Of a stretch of 64,000 nt of DNA, positions 25,578 through 39,100 are shown one piece after another. Position 1 is the stretch's first letter. Every line of letters starts with the position of its first letter. The DNA is taken from contig JAQFVV010000003.1 of assembly GCA_028023455.1 (NCBI GenBank), positions 23,374,001 to 23,438,000 on the forward strand, written 5' to 3'. The notes under the pieces are model-generated. The model was not told the DNA's origin and ran no database searches. It saw only the letters and a list, made by a program, of their open reading frames with translations. The DNA is from Epiperipatus broadwayi. Lineage: Eukaryota; Animalia; Onychophora. The position numbers and the translations under genes are program-made.

Positions 25578-27870
25578 TTTTTTTTCTATTTAAAACAATT
25601 TTATTTATTTTTTCATTTGTTACAAATGGCATATCAATTATACATATAAATATATGTATATTATAAAAATAAAACTTTGTCTCTTGTAGTTCTATCTTTT
25701 CCTCATGACCATTACTTATTAAATAGATTTATTTTCAGTTTCCAGATAACCAATATATCACTTTTTTTCCAAAATTGTGGATCTTTGCTTTTAAATTCTT
25801 TTTCAATTTCAAATGCAGAACATCTAATTTTTCTTCTTTCCTTACAGTGTTGAAAAACTTTTTACTGCCTGGTTTCTTTATTAGATTTAGGCTTGCTAAG
25901 CCTAAACAACATTTTCTTACTTCCTACCCTTGTCTCTTTAATGTTAGCATTGGATAATTTTAATAATAGTTCACCAAGATTTGTCCTGCTCAAATGGGTG
26001 CTTTTAGTAGATGGCAATTTAGCAAATTCTTCTCCATCTTTTAATTCGTAATATTTTGAAGTCAAGATTGCTTTCTCATCAAGCATTTGATTAATTGTTC
26101 TTGGATCTCTTTTGAGCAAATGGTATTCTCTTTTCATTTGTTTGTTCCATGTATGCTCATCATCTGAACTGCTACTACTGTCAGAATCTTCATCAGTGTT
26201 GCCTTGCTGCTGTGAATCTTCCTCTATTTCTTAGAATTGTTCTTTTAGGCATTCCATTTTTTTTTATTCTTTTTTTCTAAAGTAGTTACCAATGGTTGTG
26301 CAAGTTTATATTCATCACATTCATCATCAATATGAAAATTCATCTTTAAGTAAATTAGGAATAACCCCACTTGTCTTTGTCCTTCTTATAGTAATGTCAC
26401 CAGTTTCTTCTTGATCCATTAGTTTTAATGCAAGATCTTAACTTTTGGAAGTTGTTGGACTTTCATTCTGCTTTTATGTGTTTCTTCAAGTTTTTGCTTA
26501 ATTTTTTTCTTTTTATAATCTTCATATATTAATGGCTCAACCAAAGATTTAGCCTTATGATATATAAATTTATATTAATAAAATATCCATGCATATAAGT
26601 TCTTAGAATTTTAGTCCCCAAAAGGTCACTCAAATTAAGATCTTCTAATTCTTGTCTTGTTATAAATTTGTAATCAGCATACACTTGTGCCTCAGGATTT
26701 TCTTCTGATTCTTCAGTTAAATTATTAAGAAAAGGACACCATTTTGGAGCAGGACCTAAACTTGGAATGAAATATGTTAATAATCTTGAATTTTCACAGG
26801 CCATGAATAATAAACCTGAATTTGGTACTAATCATAAATCATTCAGATCATTGGTTGACCCAATAGCTGTATATGGTTTTCCAGAATTTCTTTCCCATAG
26901 TTTTAGGCATTTAGTATCCATGTATAATACTATATCCATTGTATCACAAAACTCAATATCTTTAATTGGTAATCCATAATGATGATCTTTTGTTAACACA
27001 CATTTATCAGACATAATATCATACAATAAAACTTGGCCAGCATCGGTCCCAACAGCCATCTGAAGACCATATCTATATTTCAGACAAAATATTTCTGGAA
27101 GAACATTTGAAACTATTTGAAAACTGTTCAAATCACAATCTAAAATTCCTACATGATGCCGAGATCTTGAATCTCAACATTCCACCTTACCCTCAGCAGT
27201 TCCACAACTAAATAGATGGTGGACTGGATTAACTTCACAAACATTAATCTCATAGGAACTAGATACAAATGATTTCAAAAAATATCCTTGTTCTAAGTTA
27301 AATCTAAAGATTTCAGGACTTGCCCCAACAAAATATAAATTGCAGCTTGGATAATAAGCAAAATCTCTACCAAAGTTTGGTACTCTCAATTTATAATAAA
27401 ATCCAGCTTGATTATGAAATTCAACAAATCAATCTGATTGAAGAAAAACCATCTTAGAGTAATCCCCAGATAAACATCTTTCAAATTTCAAAGATAAATA
27501 ATTTATATCATAGCAACATACTCGTGGTTTATATGAATCTGTGACTATAATATGTTGACCATCACTAGAGATATAAACACAGTGTGATACAGTTGGCATT
27601 TCAAAGTTTTGAATTAAAATGATCCTTCTTTTAAGATCTGGATTTTTTTTTACCTTTTCTCTTCTTTTACACTCTGAAAGCCACTCTGGCAGTGATTTGC
27701 CAATACTAAGATTATAAATATTGACATTATTCGGATTTGAATCCTGCATATTGAAGTGATATACTATTATATATAAAAAATATAAAATCCTTTTGATATA
27801 AAGTTTAAAATGCTTTTATAGTCACATTATTTTGTTATGGATGCAGCCATATTGTGATGATCAAAATTTA
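25578..27870 (-). pseudogene. NOL10: Processed (retro)pseudogene of nucleolar protein 10
   Basis: Minus-strand fragments match NOL10 in order: IYNLSIGKSLPEWLS, FEMPT, YKPRV, KFERCL, FGRDF, NLEQG, DHHYGLPIK, LGPAPKWCPFLNNLTEE, YMHG, VGSK; ATG at 27749; no introns; stops/frameshifts; AATAAA 14 nt before a short poly(A) (T-run 25578-25585); target duplication GCATGTG(G/A)A. Confidence 0.93.
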
Positions 27871-28458
27871 GCATGTGAATGTGAATCATTGTTTTCAGAA
27901 ATTAATTTAATTAAAGACAGTCCGAAAAATAAAATGACAGATGAATCTAGTTCAGCAAGTACATGATTAAAAGTGACAAAATATGAACCAGATATAAAAT
28001 ATTTGGCATCCAATATATAATATCAAAAATTTCATTAAATAATATCTATTTATATTGATTTTATATGTTTATTTCAAAATTTTATTTTAATTACTATTAA
28101 TTTTTTACTATTATGTTTTATTCAACTTGTGCTCTTCTAAATAAATATCGTTTATTTGTATTTAGCTTATTTAGAAATTTTGTTTAATTATTATTGTTAT
28201 TAGTATTATTTTGTTTTATAAACTTCAAAAAAACTGCAACAATTAAGTTTTTTATATATTTTGATTTAACAACTATATGGCTCGCCAATCATTCAATAAA
28301 TATTTTTGGGAAAATTTTGGCACGCACATATAAAAAAGATTCGCCACCACTGAGATTATAGAAGATTAAAAATCCCTTAGAATGAGATTTGGATGAAGAA
28401 ATGTAAAACTTCAATGACGTAGCCTGTAATGTAATTTAGTCAAATAAAGAATAATGCA

Positions 28459-28570
28459 GTCTTGCATTGGTGGTCGAGAGGTCAGCGCGACTGCCTTGCA
28501 TTTGCAGGCAGTTGCCCGGGTTGCGGGTTCGCGTCCCGGCCGATGCTATGACACTTAAAAAAAAAAAAAT
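28459..28570 (+). mobile_element. Young tRNA-Gly-derived short SINE with poly(A) tail
   Basis: Perfect 16-bp TSD AATAAAGAATAATGCA (28443-28458, 28571-28586); starts GCATTGGTGG and ends CCCGGCCGATGC like tRNA-Gly(GCC); A and B boxes; A13 tail; CpGs retained. Confidence 0.9.
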
Positions 28571-31500
28571 AATAAAGAATAATGCAAGTGAAGTGCAATA
28601 AATTTATCCTAATTTGTTGATTGGATTTAATCATTGTTGTTTACATTCAGTGAAGTGTTATTTACATAACATGGTCAATATATTTACTACCATTTCAATA
28701 TATTGTGTGATGTATTATATATGGATCCTATTTTTTTTTATACTTTACAATAAACTTTTAAAACAAGATGTAAAACAAGATTGTTTAGAATACTGAAGTT
28801 AGGAAAGCAGAACAAACGATGAAACTATACTAGACTTTTAGTAAAAAGATAATATGTTACTAACAGCTTAAACAGGGGGAAAGATCTTATAGTGAATGAC
28901 GTCACAGAATTGGCTTTTTGACAAATGCTTGTGATATATGTATTTATTACAGACTGCTGTAATACGTGAAATTATTCAAAACACTAATTAAGGAAATGAT
29001 TATTCATTTTTTTTTATAAACAAATATTTATTAATAAGTGATAAATATTTACTTTTAATTCTCACTTCTGCTTATTTATTAAAAAATCAACATCAACAAA
29101 AAAATATGTATAAAAAATGAGAAATTAATTTCTCTCTTTTTTTTCATATTAATTAAAAAGTGATAAATTTTTGAATGGTAAATATTTTTTTTTATATTGC
29201 TTTATTTATGAAATTGCCAATATAATTTATTTTCAACTGGAAACAATATTTCTAATATGTTTTCGCTTAAAAACATTAATAGAGGTATTTATAAATGTCT
29301 TTAAATGATGGTTATATATACGAATATATACTGTATACTATTGCCCTGTATGGTTTAATGCAGTGGTAAATGGCAGATTGTGGATTTAAGATCTACAGAT
29401 CCTGTGACTTCTGATAAACTGAATAAAATCATTCAGTTATTTACTAAGCTATTTGAACATTATCTAATTTCAAAGATTTTGGTCTGAAGAGAGTCTAATG
29501 CAAAAATATACCTTAATCTAATTAGTAGATGAGTTGAAATTAGTCAAATACTCTAATAATTCTGTGTGTATTGAAAAGAGTAAAGCACCTGTGCTAAAAC
29601 TGTGAAAATGAAATTTCTCCAAATGTACACATATCAACAGGAGACCAGATCAGGGCATAATTTTTTTAGAACCATCGAAATTCATTAAGAAATTGATTTG
29701 CAGCATAGTTTAGTAAAGGGTAGAGTTGCAGACTCTGGAACCCAAGATATGTTGGATCACAGCTCAACTATCACTTTCTGTTTACAAAATTCTAATGAAT
29801 GCCTGAGCAATAAACCATTCAATTATTTTCATTTATCAGACTGAGTGCGCAAGAATTTGGTCATGATAGTTTCAGTAATGGCTTTTGTAAATAAAATGAA
29901 TATTAGCAGTCAATCATAAACAAATAGACTACTTTAACTCTGGTAAATAAAAGATAAAAAGAAAAAAAGCACTAAAACCCAAAATGAAAATAATGGAATC
30001 AGAATATCTGATTTTGGGACCATATTAATATGACTTATGACAACAAACAATGTAGAAGAAAATAGAGAGAGAATGGGAGAAAGAATAATAATGATTAATT
30101 TATTTACGTGTATTAATATTTATTATTAATGAATTAAATTAAGAAGATAACTTTCACCATATATATAAACAAATGGTTTGCATTCATGAGTTGTAGGAAG
30201 TTCAAAAATCAGTAATGACAATCCATGGATCCTGAGATTTAGAATCTTCCATTTTACCACTGCACTAAATTATGCAGGACACTGTTATTTAATTATGTAC
30301 ATTTTTTTGTTAAGCATTAATTTAAATAACTTTTATCTATTGAAATACAAATGACTTTAAAATATACATAAGATTCATTTGTGACTCATATACTTATTTC
30401 ATTTGTCTTCTATATATTTTGCTAAGGTTTTATTTCTATATAGCAATGTTACTTACTTCTTCATTTATGACTCATATACCTATTTCATTTGTATTCTTCT
30501 ATTTACTTTGCTAAGGTTTTATTTCTATATAGCAAAGCAGAATGATATTGAAGACAATAGTAGCACAACTTTAAACATAGCAGAAATAAGTCATAATGAA
30601 CTACACTGAATAATATGGACAAAATTTCATAATTAGGTAGAATTTTGGAACTCTTTATTGACAGAAATTGATAATGATTAATCTGATATTCATAAGGTTA
30701 AACTTACCCTACATTGTTTAATAAGTGGTAGGGTCTTGAACTCTATAGTTCAAAATCAAGAATTGTGGCTTAGATTGATCACTTCAATGCTTGAATTTCT
30801 TATGAACTTGAAATAAACCATTCAATTATTTCTTTATTTTTAGTACAAAGTAAATATTTTCCACTGCCATGTAAATTTTATTAAAAAACATTTTGGGTCT
30901 AAATGCCAAAGGTTTTCCCACTCTGTTAACTATATTAATAATTTCAAGATTTAGTGGAAATCTTTATATATATATATTTCTAGTGAAAAGAAGTTTAAAG
31001 TATTTAAGTGATTGATTAAATGGTTAAAAGATGATGAGACATTTAAGCGCCACAAATCATAGGATGCACTTTAATCCAGGAGTCTTTAATTCTTGAGTCT
31101 TTAAATTACTGTACTAAACCACACACACCATTACATTTTAAAATACTGAAAAAAAAAATTATACTTGATAGTTTATTTGACTCCTTATTGTAATAAAAAT
31201 ATCTCACTGCCTTTTCAGTTTACTCTTAATAATGCTTCCAAGTGTTCATTGTATTATTCAAATTTGTAGTAGATCTCTCAGGAATAGGGTGAAGAAAATC
31301 AATCTAATTAAATATCTTAATCATCAGAAATTTGTGCACTTGCTTAACTCTCAAGTATTTGATCTGCTTAATTAATATTTTGCTCATCTCTTAATCCCTT
31401 GATGTTTCTACATTTTGGTTTTCATTTCATTTATGCTTCATCATGAATCTGTGGGGCATTCATTTTTATAAATTTACTCTCATAATGTATGCATTTCATT

Positions 31501-31634
31501 TCTATTTTTTAGTTTTACTATTAGAATCCAATCTTAAGAAAAATTTCTACTGATTATGAGAGGCTAGAGATGTGGTTAATATGCTGTCAGCACAAACACA
31601 GTGCACATTTAGTATTAAATGTTTAATCAACACA

Positions 31635-32215
31635 TTGGTGATTATTTATCTTTTTGACATATATGTGTTCAAGTGTATCAATGTTATGAGATAGAGTGGA
31701 GAGAGGTGAGTCATGTGAATGTCTGAGCTCATATACTCTATATATTATATATATTGATACACGTATATAATAAGCCTGTATTTCAGTTATTACATACAAG
31801 AGATGTCTGCCCATCCCTCATATATATATATTAAATGGATTATGTCCTAGACATGAGGGGTCAGATTGTATTTAGGTCACCATGGGTGTGATGAAAATCT
31901 CAGCCTCAGGGTTGCCTTTGGGCATTTCATCATCAGAATTTTCAATTGGATGAATGGTTGAAGAGTTGGAATGTGGAGTGGATTGAAACCTGTCCATTAA
32001 AGTGTGAGGATTGGCTATCTTAATATATATTTGAGCAATTATTGCATATATGTGTAGAGATGATAATCTGGACCAACTGATGATTGCTGGTTTAGCATGA
32101 AATACATTCATTGGTGATTATTTATCTTTTTGACATATATGTGTTCAAGTGCATCAATATCATGAGATAGAGTGGAGAGTGGTGGTTCATGTGAAAGTCT
32201 ATGCTCATATACCCT
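31635..32215 (+). mobile_element. Family A: one complete 476-nt monomer plus ~105-nt partial repeat
   Basis: TTGGTGATTATTTATC at 31635 and 32111; hammerhead TAATCTGGACCAA-CTGATGA(32077-83)-TTGCTGGTTTAGCAT-GAAA-TACATTCA-TTGGTGATTA. Confidence 0.8.
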
Positions 32216-34229
32216 ACATATTGCTATCTTTTATAACATTTCTGATTAAAATATGTTAACATGATAATCCTGTTGGTTTGATTGGTTTATAGACACATTC
32301 CTACAGCTAAAAGTTACAGATTTGATTTTCATTATCAGAATTAAATTCTTCTATTTAACCGGTCACTTAGGCACTCAAATGTTATTTGTCTACTTAGATA
32401 ACTAATCATAAGATATTAATAATTCTATTAAACTTATTTACATAAGATTCTAAATATTTAATATAATGCCAATAATTATATAATCACTGGATTGAAAAAC
32501 TTTCCAAATGCACTACTTTCTATTCTTAAATTTGCTTAACAAATATAAATAAATCAATTTATATTTATTTTCACAATTCTTATAATGATAGCTAATCTGA
32601 TAAATGGTATTAATCAGAATGATATTTTTAAGAAATGGAAAAGTAAAATGATTCATTTTATGTTTGCAAAACAAATCGGATATTACAATGCAGTCTACCG
32701 GTATAAAGAGTATTTGGCTAATTATTACATAAGTTTAATTTGGACCTATCCATACAAATACACATACGCATATATATATATATTAATTCTAATATATATA
32801 TATATACGATTAATACGAATTGTATCTTAAAATGTACATTATAAGGACAGGTTTGTTGATAATTTTCTTTCATAAATATTTCTTTTATATTTTATTCAGA
32901 GATTGGGTCAGTCAATGACTTCTTAATAAAGTTTTAAGGAATAAATTTGTACTAAATTTTTAAGACGTTTTTCTATAATCTTAAAAAATATAATAATTCA
33001 AATTATAGGAAATAATTTTACAAACCTACTACACTTTTATTGTCAAATCATTCAAGAAAGATCTCTCTCATCCCTAGATGAACAATTCGATTTACGAAAT
33101 ACTTCAGTTACTGAAAATCTGATATCAGAGATTATTTGAAACAACTATAACCTATATGTCAATCATTAGCTACTATTATATTCAAGGGTTGCTTCTGGTA
33201 TTAAAATTCCTCTGGATGATTCTGTCCCTTACAATCATATTAAGTCCGTTAAACTATGTGTATATAGAATGTTTCAAGCTTTTTGATTTTTATCAGTGCT
33301 ATCTTAATCAATTCGATCATATTACAAACATGCAAAAGTGTAGAAATTCAGATCACTCCCCCCCCCCCACACTTTGCATTTTGCAAAAAATCTTTACTCA
33401 TCAGATGACGTAGAAAAATCATAATCTCCATGCCTACAACATCAACTTGATATTTTTCCATTATTATCATTCTCGTAAATTTGTTATATATAGTATAATA
33501 TATATTAATCTATAATAAATAAATAAAAAGAACATTAGCTCCTCTCTTTCTAAAAAATGGCATTTGTAGCTACCATTTCTGTCATTAGAATGTAAATTTA
33601 CTCATGAATATTCAATTTTATGATTTATTCTATAATATGCAAAATAACTTTAAAACCAGACCTCAACTGTCATTAATTGTATAATGCTATGATTATGATA
33701 CTTTTCAATATTTGAAAGTGCTTATACATTTTCTTTACTATAAAACAAACCTAGTCTGCTATTAAATGTTTCAACATTTACTAAATAATTGTAATAATAA
33801 TTGTATGATTAGTTAGTTGCTGAGGAAATAGTACATTTAGCACTGCAGTGAACAATATTTCCAATTGAGTGATTGAATAAATTTTTTGTTCATTCATGTC
33901 ATTTTATTTGAGAATCATTTCAGGAATATTCAAGCCTGAGCCTGCCATTTGACTACTGCAGTAAATCAGCCTAATCTCTATGGAACCATCATGTCACAAA
34001 AAAAGTCAAATTAGCAAACTTTGAAATGTGTGTAAAGAACAGAAACTTGTCTGAAAGATACTGCATCATTTGATAAATTAAAAAAAGAAGCCCCTTTTCT
34101 CTTAAAAGTGTTACAAAGGATTTGTCATTACTTACACCATCATTAATTGCTTAGGGCATGAAGCTTCAAACAGATTTGCTTAGCATGTTGAGCATGACTC
34201 TTGTACATTTAATTTAACATATTACAAAT

Positions 34230-34550
34230 AGTAAAGCCTCCCGGTGTAGAATTAGTACATATGCCTGTTTTACTTATGATCTGTGATTCAAACTTGAGTC
34301 AAAAAATTTTTTTAAGAGACTTAGGAATTTTTTTCTCAGACAGCTGATTAAATAGTCAATCTAACTAATGGTCAAACATTTGCTGAATAAATGAGAATCT
34401 ACCTACTCCTATCTAGAAGTCAAACATAGGATAGAAGACCATTCACCCAGCACCTTGAAATTAGTAAACCTAGTGAGAAGTGCATTTGCCATGACTGTTC
34501 ATCTATGAAAAACTTTATCCTATAGAGGGCTATTTTTTTTTAAAGGGCTG
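34230..34550 (+). mobile_element. Probable old tRNA-derived SINE
   Basis: Head CCTCCCGGTGTAG...GTGATTCAAAC (A/B-box-like), higher-GC body, ends in a T-run. Confidence 0.35.
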
Positions 34551-35642
34551 TTTTACTTTTAACCACAAAATAAACCCTAACTTGTTTTGATCTTTTGATA
34601 ATTTTTACTGGTATAGTCATAAATCTGTGACATCCAACAACTTTACAATAATTCGATAAAAATCATTTTTAAATTGGAAGAAAATTGTTTTTTGTTTGAT
34701 CTCTTTATATTCGACGTTTATCCACCTACCAAGAAATAAAATTTTATTAATTACAAGATAACAGGTTTAAGAGAGGTGTGAAACTATAATTACTTTGTCC
34801 TATTGAAAGAGATCAAATTATTGATAATACCTTCATTAATAATAATTAAGACTTAGATGACATTTTAATTGAGAATTTCAAAGAGAGATACTTTGAGATT
34901 AGTAATCTTATGTTAAACTAATTTTATAAAGTTTTACATTCAATAATCTGATTCAAAAGACATTTTTAAAATGCAAAACCTGTCTAGAAATATTATGATC
35001 TTTGAAAGCCTACATATAGATTCAAAATGAATAAAAAAAATGTATGTGCCTACGTTTTAATATGTGGCGGTTATTCTCAAAGATGACATTCGTACATTAA
35101 AACGCAGCAATTTAATGTGATTTTATCAAACAATTTTTTTTTCTTATCCCTCTATTGAAAAATAGATAAATACAGAATAATAAAATGTGGGTGAAAAAAA
35201 CTACAAACATATAGAATAATTGGTGTAGCTATAAGAGAGCTATAAGCATTGATTCAGTTTTTTTAAATTTTTTATCCATGCATAGCAATTATATTGATTT
35301 TATCTAGCTAGATTCTTCACTTTTAGTTGATCTTCTCTGGACCTAAATGTAAAATCTGTTTGCTAACTCATTGAAGCTAGATTTATATTATCTCTTTAAA
35401 TCCTCCAGTATTAAATATATCTTTTGCATTAAGATGGTTTTATTTTCATTTTTTTGTAATATTGTATACTTTAGTTTAGTGATAGAACCAAAAACTAAAA
35501 TTCCTGAAATGATTTCTAATTGGGGGGGGGGGGACCCTCAATTTTGTCAAGTGAATGGATTATTGAACTCATTACTTTTTGCTCAAATATCTCTTGACTT
35601 CCTAAGTAACTGACTATGCTATTATTGATTTAATCTATAATC

Positions 35643-36180
35643 TTTTTTTTTAAAAGAAAATTTATTGAATTTATTTGTACATGAAATACAATTTTTTAAC
35701 ACTGCTTGAAATTATTTACTCTGTGTCGCTGCAAAGTGGAAGCTTGAGGTGATGGAGTAAGTGGAGTCATTCTATGATTCTTGTTCTTTTGTTAGGATGA
35801 CTTTGGACCATGTTTCTTTATGCAGCCAGTCTGGTGCTAGCATTCTGTCTCTGATGCTCTTAATTAATGTTTTGAAGGTTTCCAAGATATTAGATGTAGT
35901 ATTATTAATTATGTGTTTACATCTGGTTAGCCAGATTGCAAAGAAGAGAAAAATTGAAAGTATGATGTTTGAATAATTTCTGTTCTTGATTGCATGTTGA
36001 AACGAAAACAAGCCTGCATTTTGATTTTTGGCTTTATCATTGATAAATGTTTTTAGCGAGCTGAGTATCAGACAGTTGTGAAAGATATGTTGAATCGTTT
36101 CATCCTCTCTGGCACATCGGATTAAGTTTGGTAAATTCCCCTTTCCACACTAGAAAATGACTGGTAGGTAGCGAGCCCAG
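35643..36180 (-). mobile_element. 5'-truncated L1/Tx1-clade LINE (ORF2 C-terminus and 3' UTR)
   Basis: Minus-strand reading ...RCARE.ETIQHIFHNC...FAIWLTRC (zinc-knuckle ET..H.F..C and IW..R motifs of L1/Tx1 ORF2); AATAAA then poly(A) (T-run 35643-35651). Confidence 0.7.
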
Positions 36181-39100
36181 ATTTAGTTTTTTAATAAAAT
36201 CTATGTGATTTTCTTTCTTTAAGATAAATGTATAAATGTTAATAATAATTATTTTTTTTATTAGGTTAGAGATTGGTACATGAATACTATCTAGATTTTA
36301 AAATTTGTTAAAAATCAATGTTTTTTATTATAAACTCCAATTAAGCAAGACACTATTTTAAGTTTGTCTCTTTCATATATATTATTAAATACCTAAAAAT
36401 CTTCTATTTAACTAACTTCATCAGTTGGCTCAAATTATCAAACACTTTTACATATTATCATTTGTTCAATATGTATCTATCTTATTTTATTTTAACAGTC
36501 TAAAAGTATATACAACTCTTGTACACCTTTAATAAAGAATTGCCATCTTTTTGATAAATATACCAGTTGTTATTATTATCTATTTATTATACTGGAGATT
36601 ATATTATTATTAGCCCAGATATAGATTTTAAACTCATTAAAGGCTAAATATATCTATTGTTATAAATTCCAACAACTGTTTTTAAATATTACAATACTTC
36701 TAAATGTTTCTGTCACTTTTTCCAAGATGAACTTAATATATTGAAATGGAATATACAACATTTTATTACTGACATAAAAAAAGAAAAAGAAAATAACTCT
36801 TACTACTATCCTTAAAGTTAAAGCACCATTTGTAATAGGATAAAAATGAGAGTATACACTTTTTTTTAATACACCACAGATTTGGTATCCATTTGTAACA
36901 AATCAAATTTAATAAAATCATAATAGAGTGATCTTGTTTAATTATGTTCTGCCATTTATGGTATCATTTATAATAAAATAAATGTGTGTATGCTAACCAT
37001 CGTTATAGCCTCAATCATTTAGCTAGCATTTGTAACTGATTGAAAATTTGTAATGAAATAATAACTCTAATATAACCTGTATAAAACATAGCTCAGTCAT
37101 TTATCACCCAATGAAAATAATCCCTAAAGTTGGACATCATTTATAATTGAATAAAATGTAATTCAAATAAAAATAATACTCATTTTATAATGCCCTGTGA
37201 ATGATAGTATCACTCATAATAGAATGAATACATCAAACTAAATTAAATGAATACCAATCAATAACTAATTATTCAATATTTAATATAACCCTTTGACTAA
37301 TCACTTAACAAAACAAAATAGTGATGATAATTTTTATTATAGCATTTAGAATAAACAGAAATCAAACAAAAATCACCATTTCAAATACCCTAAATATAAT
37401 CCTTACTTAAATTAGATGAAAATAAAGCAATTAAATCAGATATCATTGTCCCAAAATAATGGTCTATGCTTAAGATAGATTTTACTTATAATTGAATGGA
37501 AACCAATAATAACTTATTAAACAACTAAGTTTTAATATACCCAACTAATCAAACATTGCTTATAAAAATACAAACATATTAAAATTTATATCTAAATAAA
37601 AGAATTCCTTAATGATTAAGATAACACCTTTATTATGTCCTATAATTTTACAATATTCTTAACAGCTAAATAAATATATGGCCCAATAATTAATTTTAAA
37701 TCTTAGCTCAATAAAAATGATAAATAATATTAACTTATCCATAATATATTTTTATATTAATTTACCATTATTAATCATACTATTTATAGCAAGATAAGAC
37801 ACAATAAAATTATAAATAAAAAATTATACTAACTCAGCCATGCTATAGTCTTATATTAATTTACTCTGACTAATCATGCTATTTATAACAAAATGAAATA
37901 ATTAATAGTGATGTAATATCAATGAACCTATTAGATAACTTAAATCTATATTATTCAATCATACCTGTATATAAAAGAAACTGTAGATTTCTATTGGATA
38001 TTTACTTAAGTATAATTAATTTATCATATTAATTTGTTTTAAATTTCTTGTAAATAAATTATTAAAACTGTATTTTGTAATAGTTAAAACATATAAAAGA
38101 ATTACTAGCATTTATTGCAATCATGTATAAATATTAAAATTTAATAGTTAATTGGATTTATGATTCACCTCAAACTAAATTTAAATATAATTAAAGCAAC
38201 CCATTCTTAATTATAACAGAACAAAATATAATACTATCAGCTCTATACTTGAATAAGATTTAGATCTTAATAACTGACCATGAACATAATACATTAATTA
38301 TCTACCCAATAATAATTTATGTAAAATATGCAAATATTTAATTATGATTATCATATACAGTTTATATCTAGTCAGATAATAACCATAGAATTCAATAAAA
38401 ATAATATAATTGTACTAATCTATTAATACTGAAATTTGATTTCTGGATTATATGATATAGTTATTCAATTAACTTTTCCAATATAGACATTTTATCTGTT
38501 CTTACTTGAATGTTATTAATTAATTCATATTGCACTATTGAACTGTAATCAAAAAAATTTATTTGATTCAAGTTAAATTCAAATTTATTAAAAAAATAGA
38601 TTTCAATTATATGATTAAAAAATGTATCTATAATGAATAGCTCATAAATAATATATATATATGATCTAATTAAATATACAATAAATCATTGATTGACATT
38701 AATTTTCCATTTATATATGTAACTGACTATCAATCTCCAATTATTTAATAATAAATATTAAACATATATGTATATGTTGCAGAACACTTCTACTTTCTAA
38801 AATATAAAAGTTTGATATTCTTTGCTACTAAAAATTTAAAAAAACAAAATAAAGTTAATACTTATTACTTATATTAAACTTCTAATATATATATATATTC
38901 AAAGTCAAATTTTTAATCACTAAAAAAAATTGAATCTTTTAAATTAAAATAATAATTACTATAGCACAAGATATAAGTTTAAACTTAGGAAAAACATACT
39001 ATGTGAATAGATCACTGATTAACTTAAAACTATATACATTATTTCTCAATAAATGAATTTACATTTTAAATAAAAATAAACAAAATATATTTATCTATAA

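Larger units (their letters stand above)
23069..28038 (+). pseudogene. hAT transposase pseudogene (GTF2IRD2/EPM2AIP1-like family), split by a MITE and a NOL10 retrocopy
   Basis: N-terminus NREFQNWWTDEYGM...KAVCILCSGVVVLKTSSIKWHYETSH (BED-like C2H2), ATDGA catalytic-D motif near 23815, C-terminal TYAC|CESLFSEINLIK dimerisation motif split at 25577/27871; many stops and frameshifts. Confidence 0.88.
22653..28352 (+). mobile_element. hAT DNA transposon (SPIN/Charlie/Buster-type), dead, with two nested insertions
   Basis: TIRs CAGTGATGACAAACCT and AGATTCGCCACCACTG; 8-bp TSD TAATTATA/AGATTATA (6/8); transposase relic inside. Confidence 0.88.

Noticed and set aside
28897-28904. TGACGTCA (CRE) site
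   Set aside because: A single 8-mer with no supporting promoter evidence.
30375-30535. ~90-bp local tandem duplication and ORF 30403-30609
   Set aside because: Ordinary slippage duplication; the ORF is low-complexity.
33365-33410. Minus-strand CTGATGA with a possible stem II
   Set aside because: GAAA is absent and no stem I complement follows.
36950-38800. Strand-skewed AT-rich tract considered as a NUMT or old LINE
   Set aside because: No mitochondrial gene or RT motif could be recognised.
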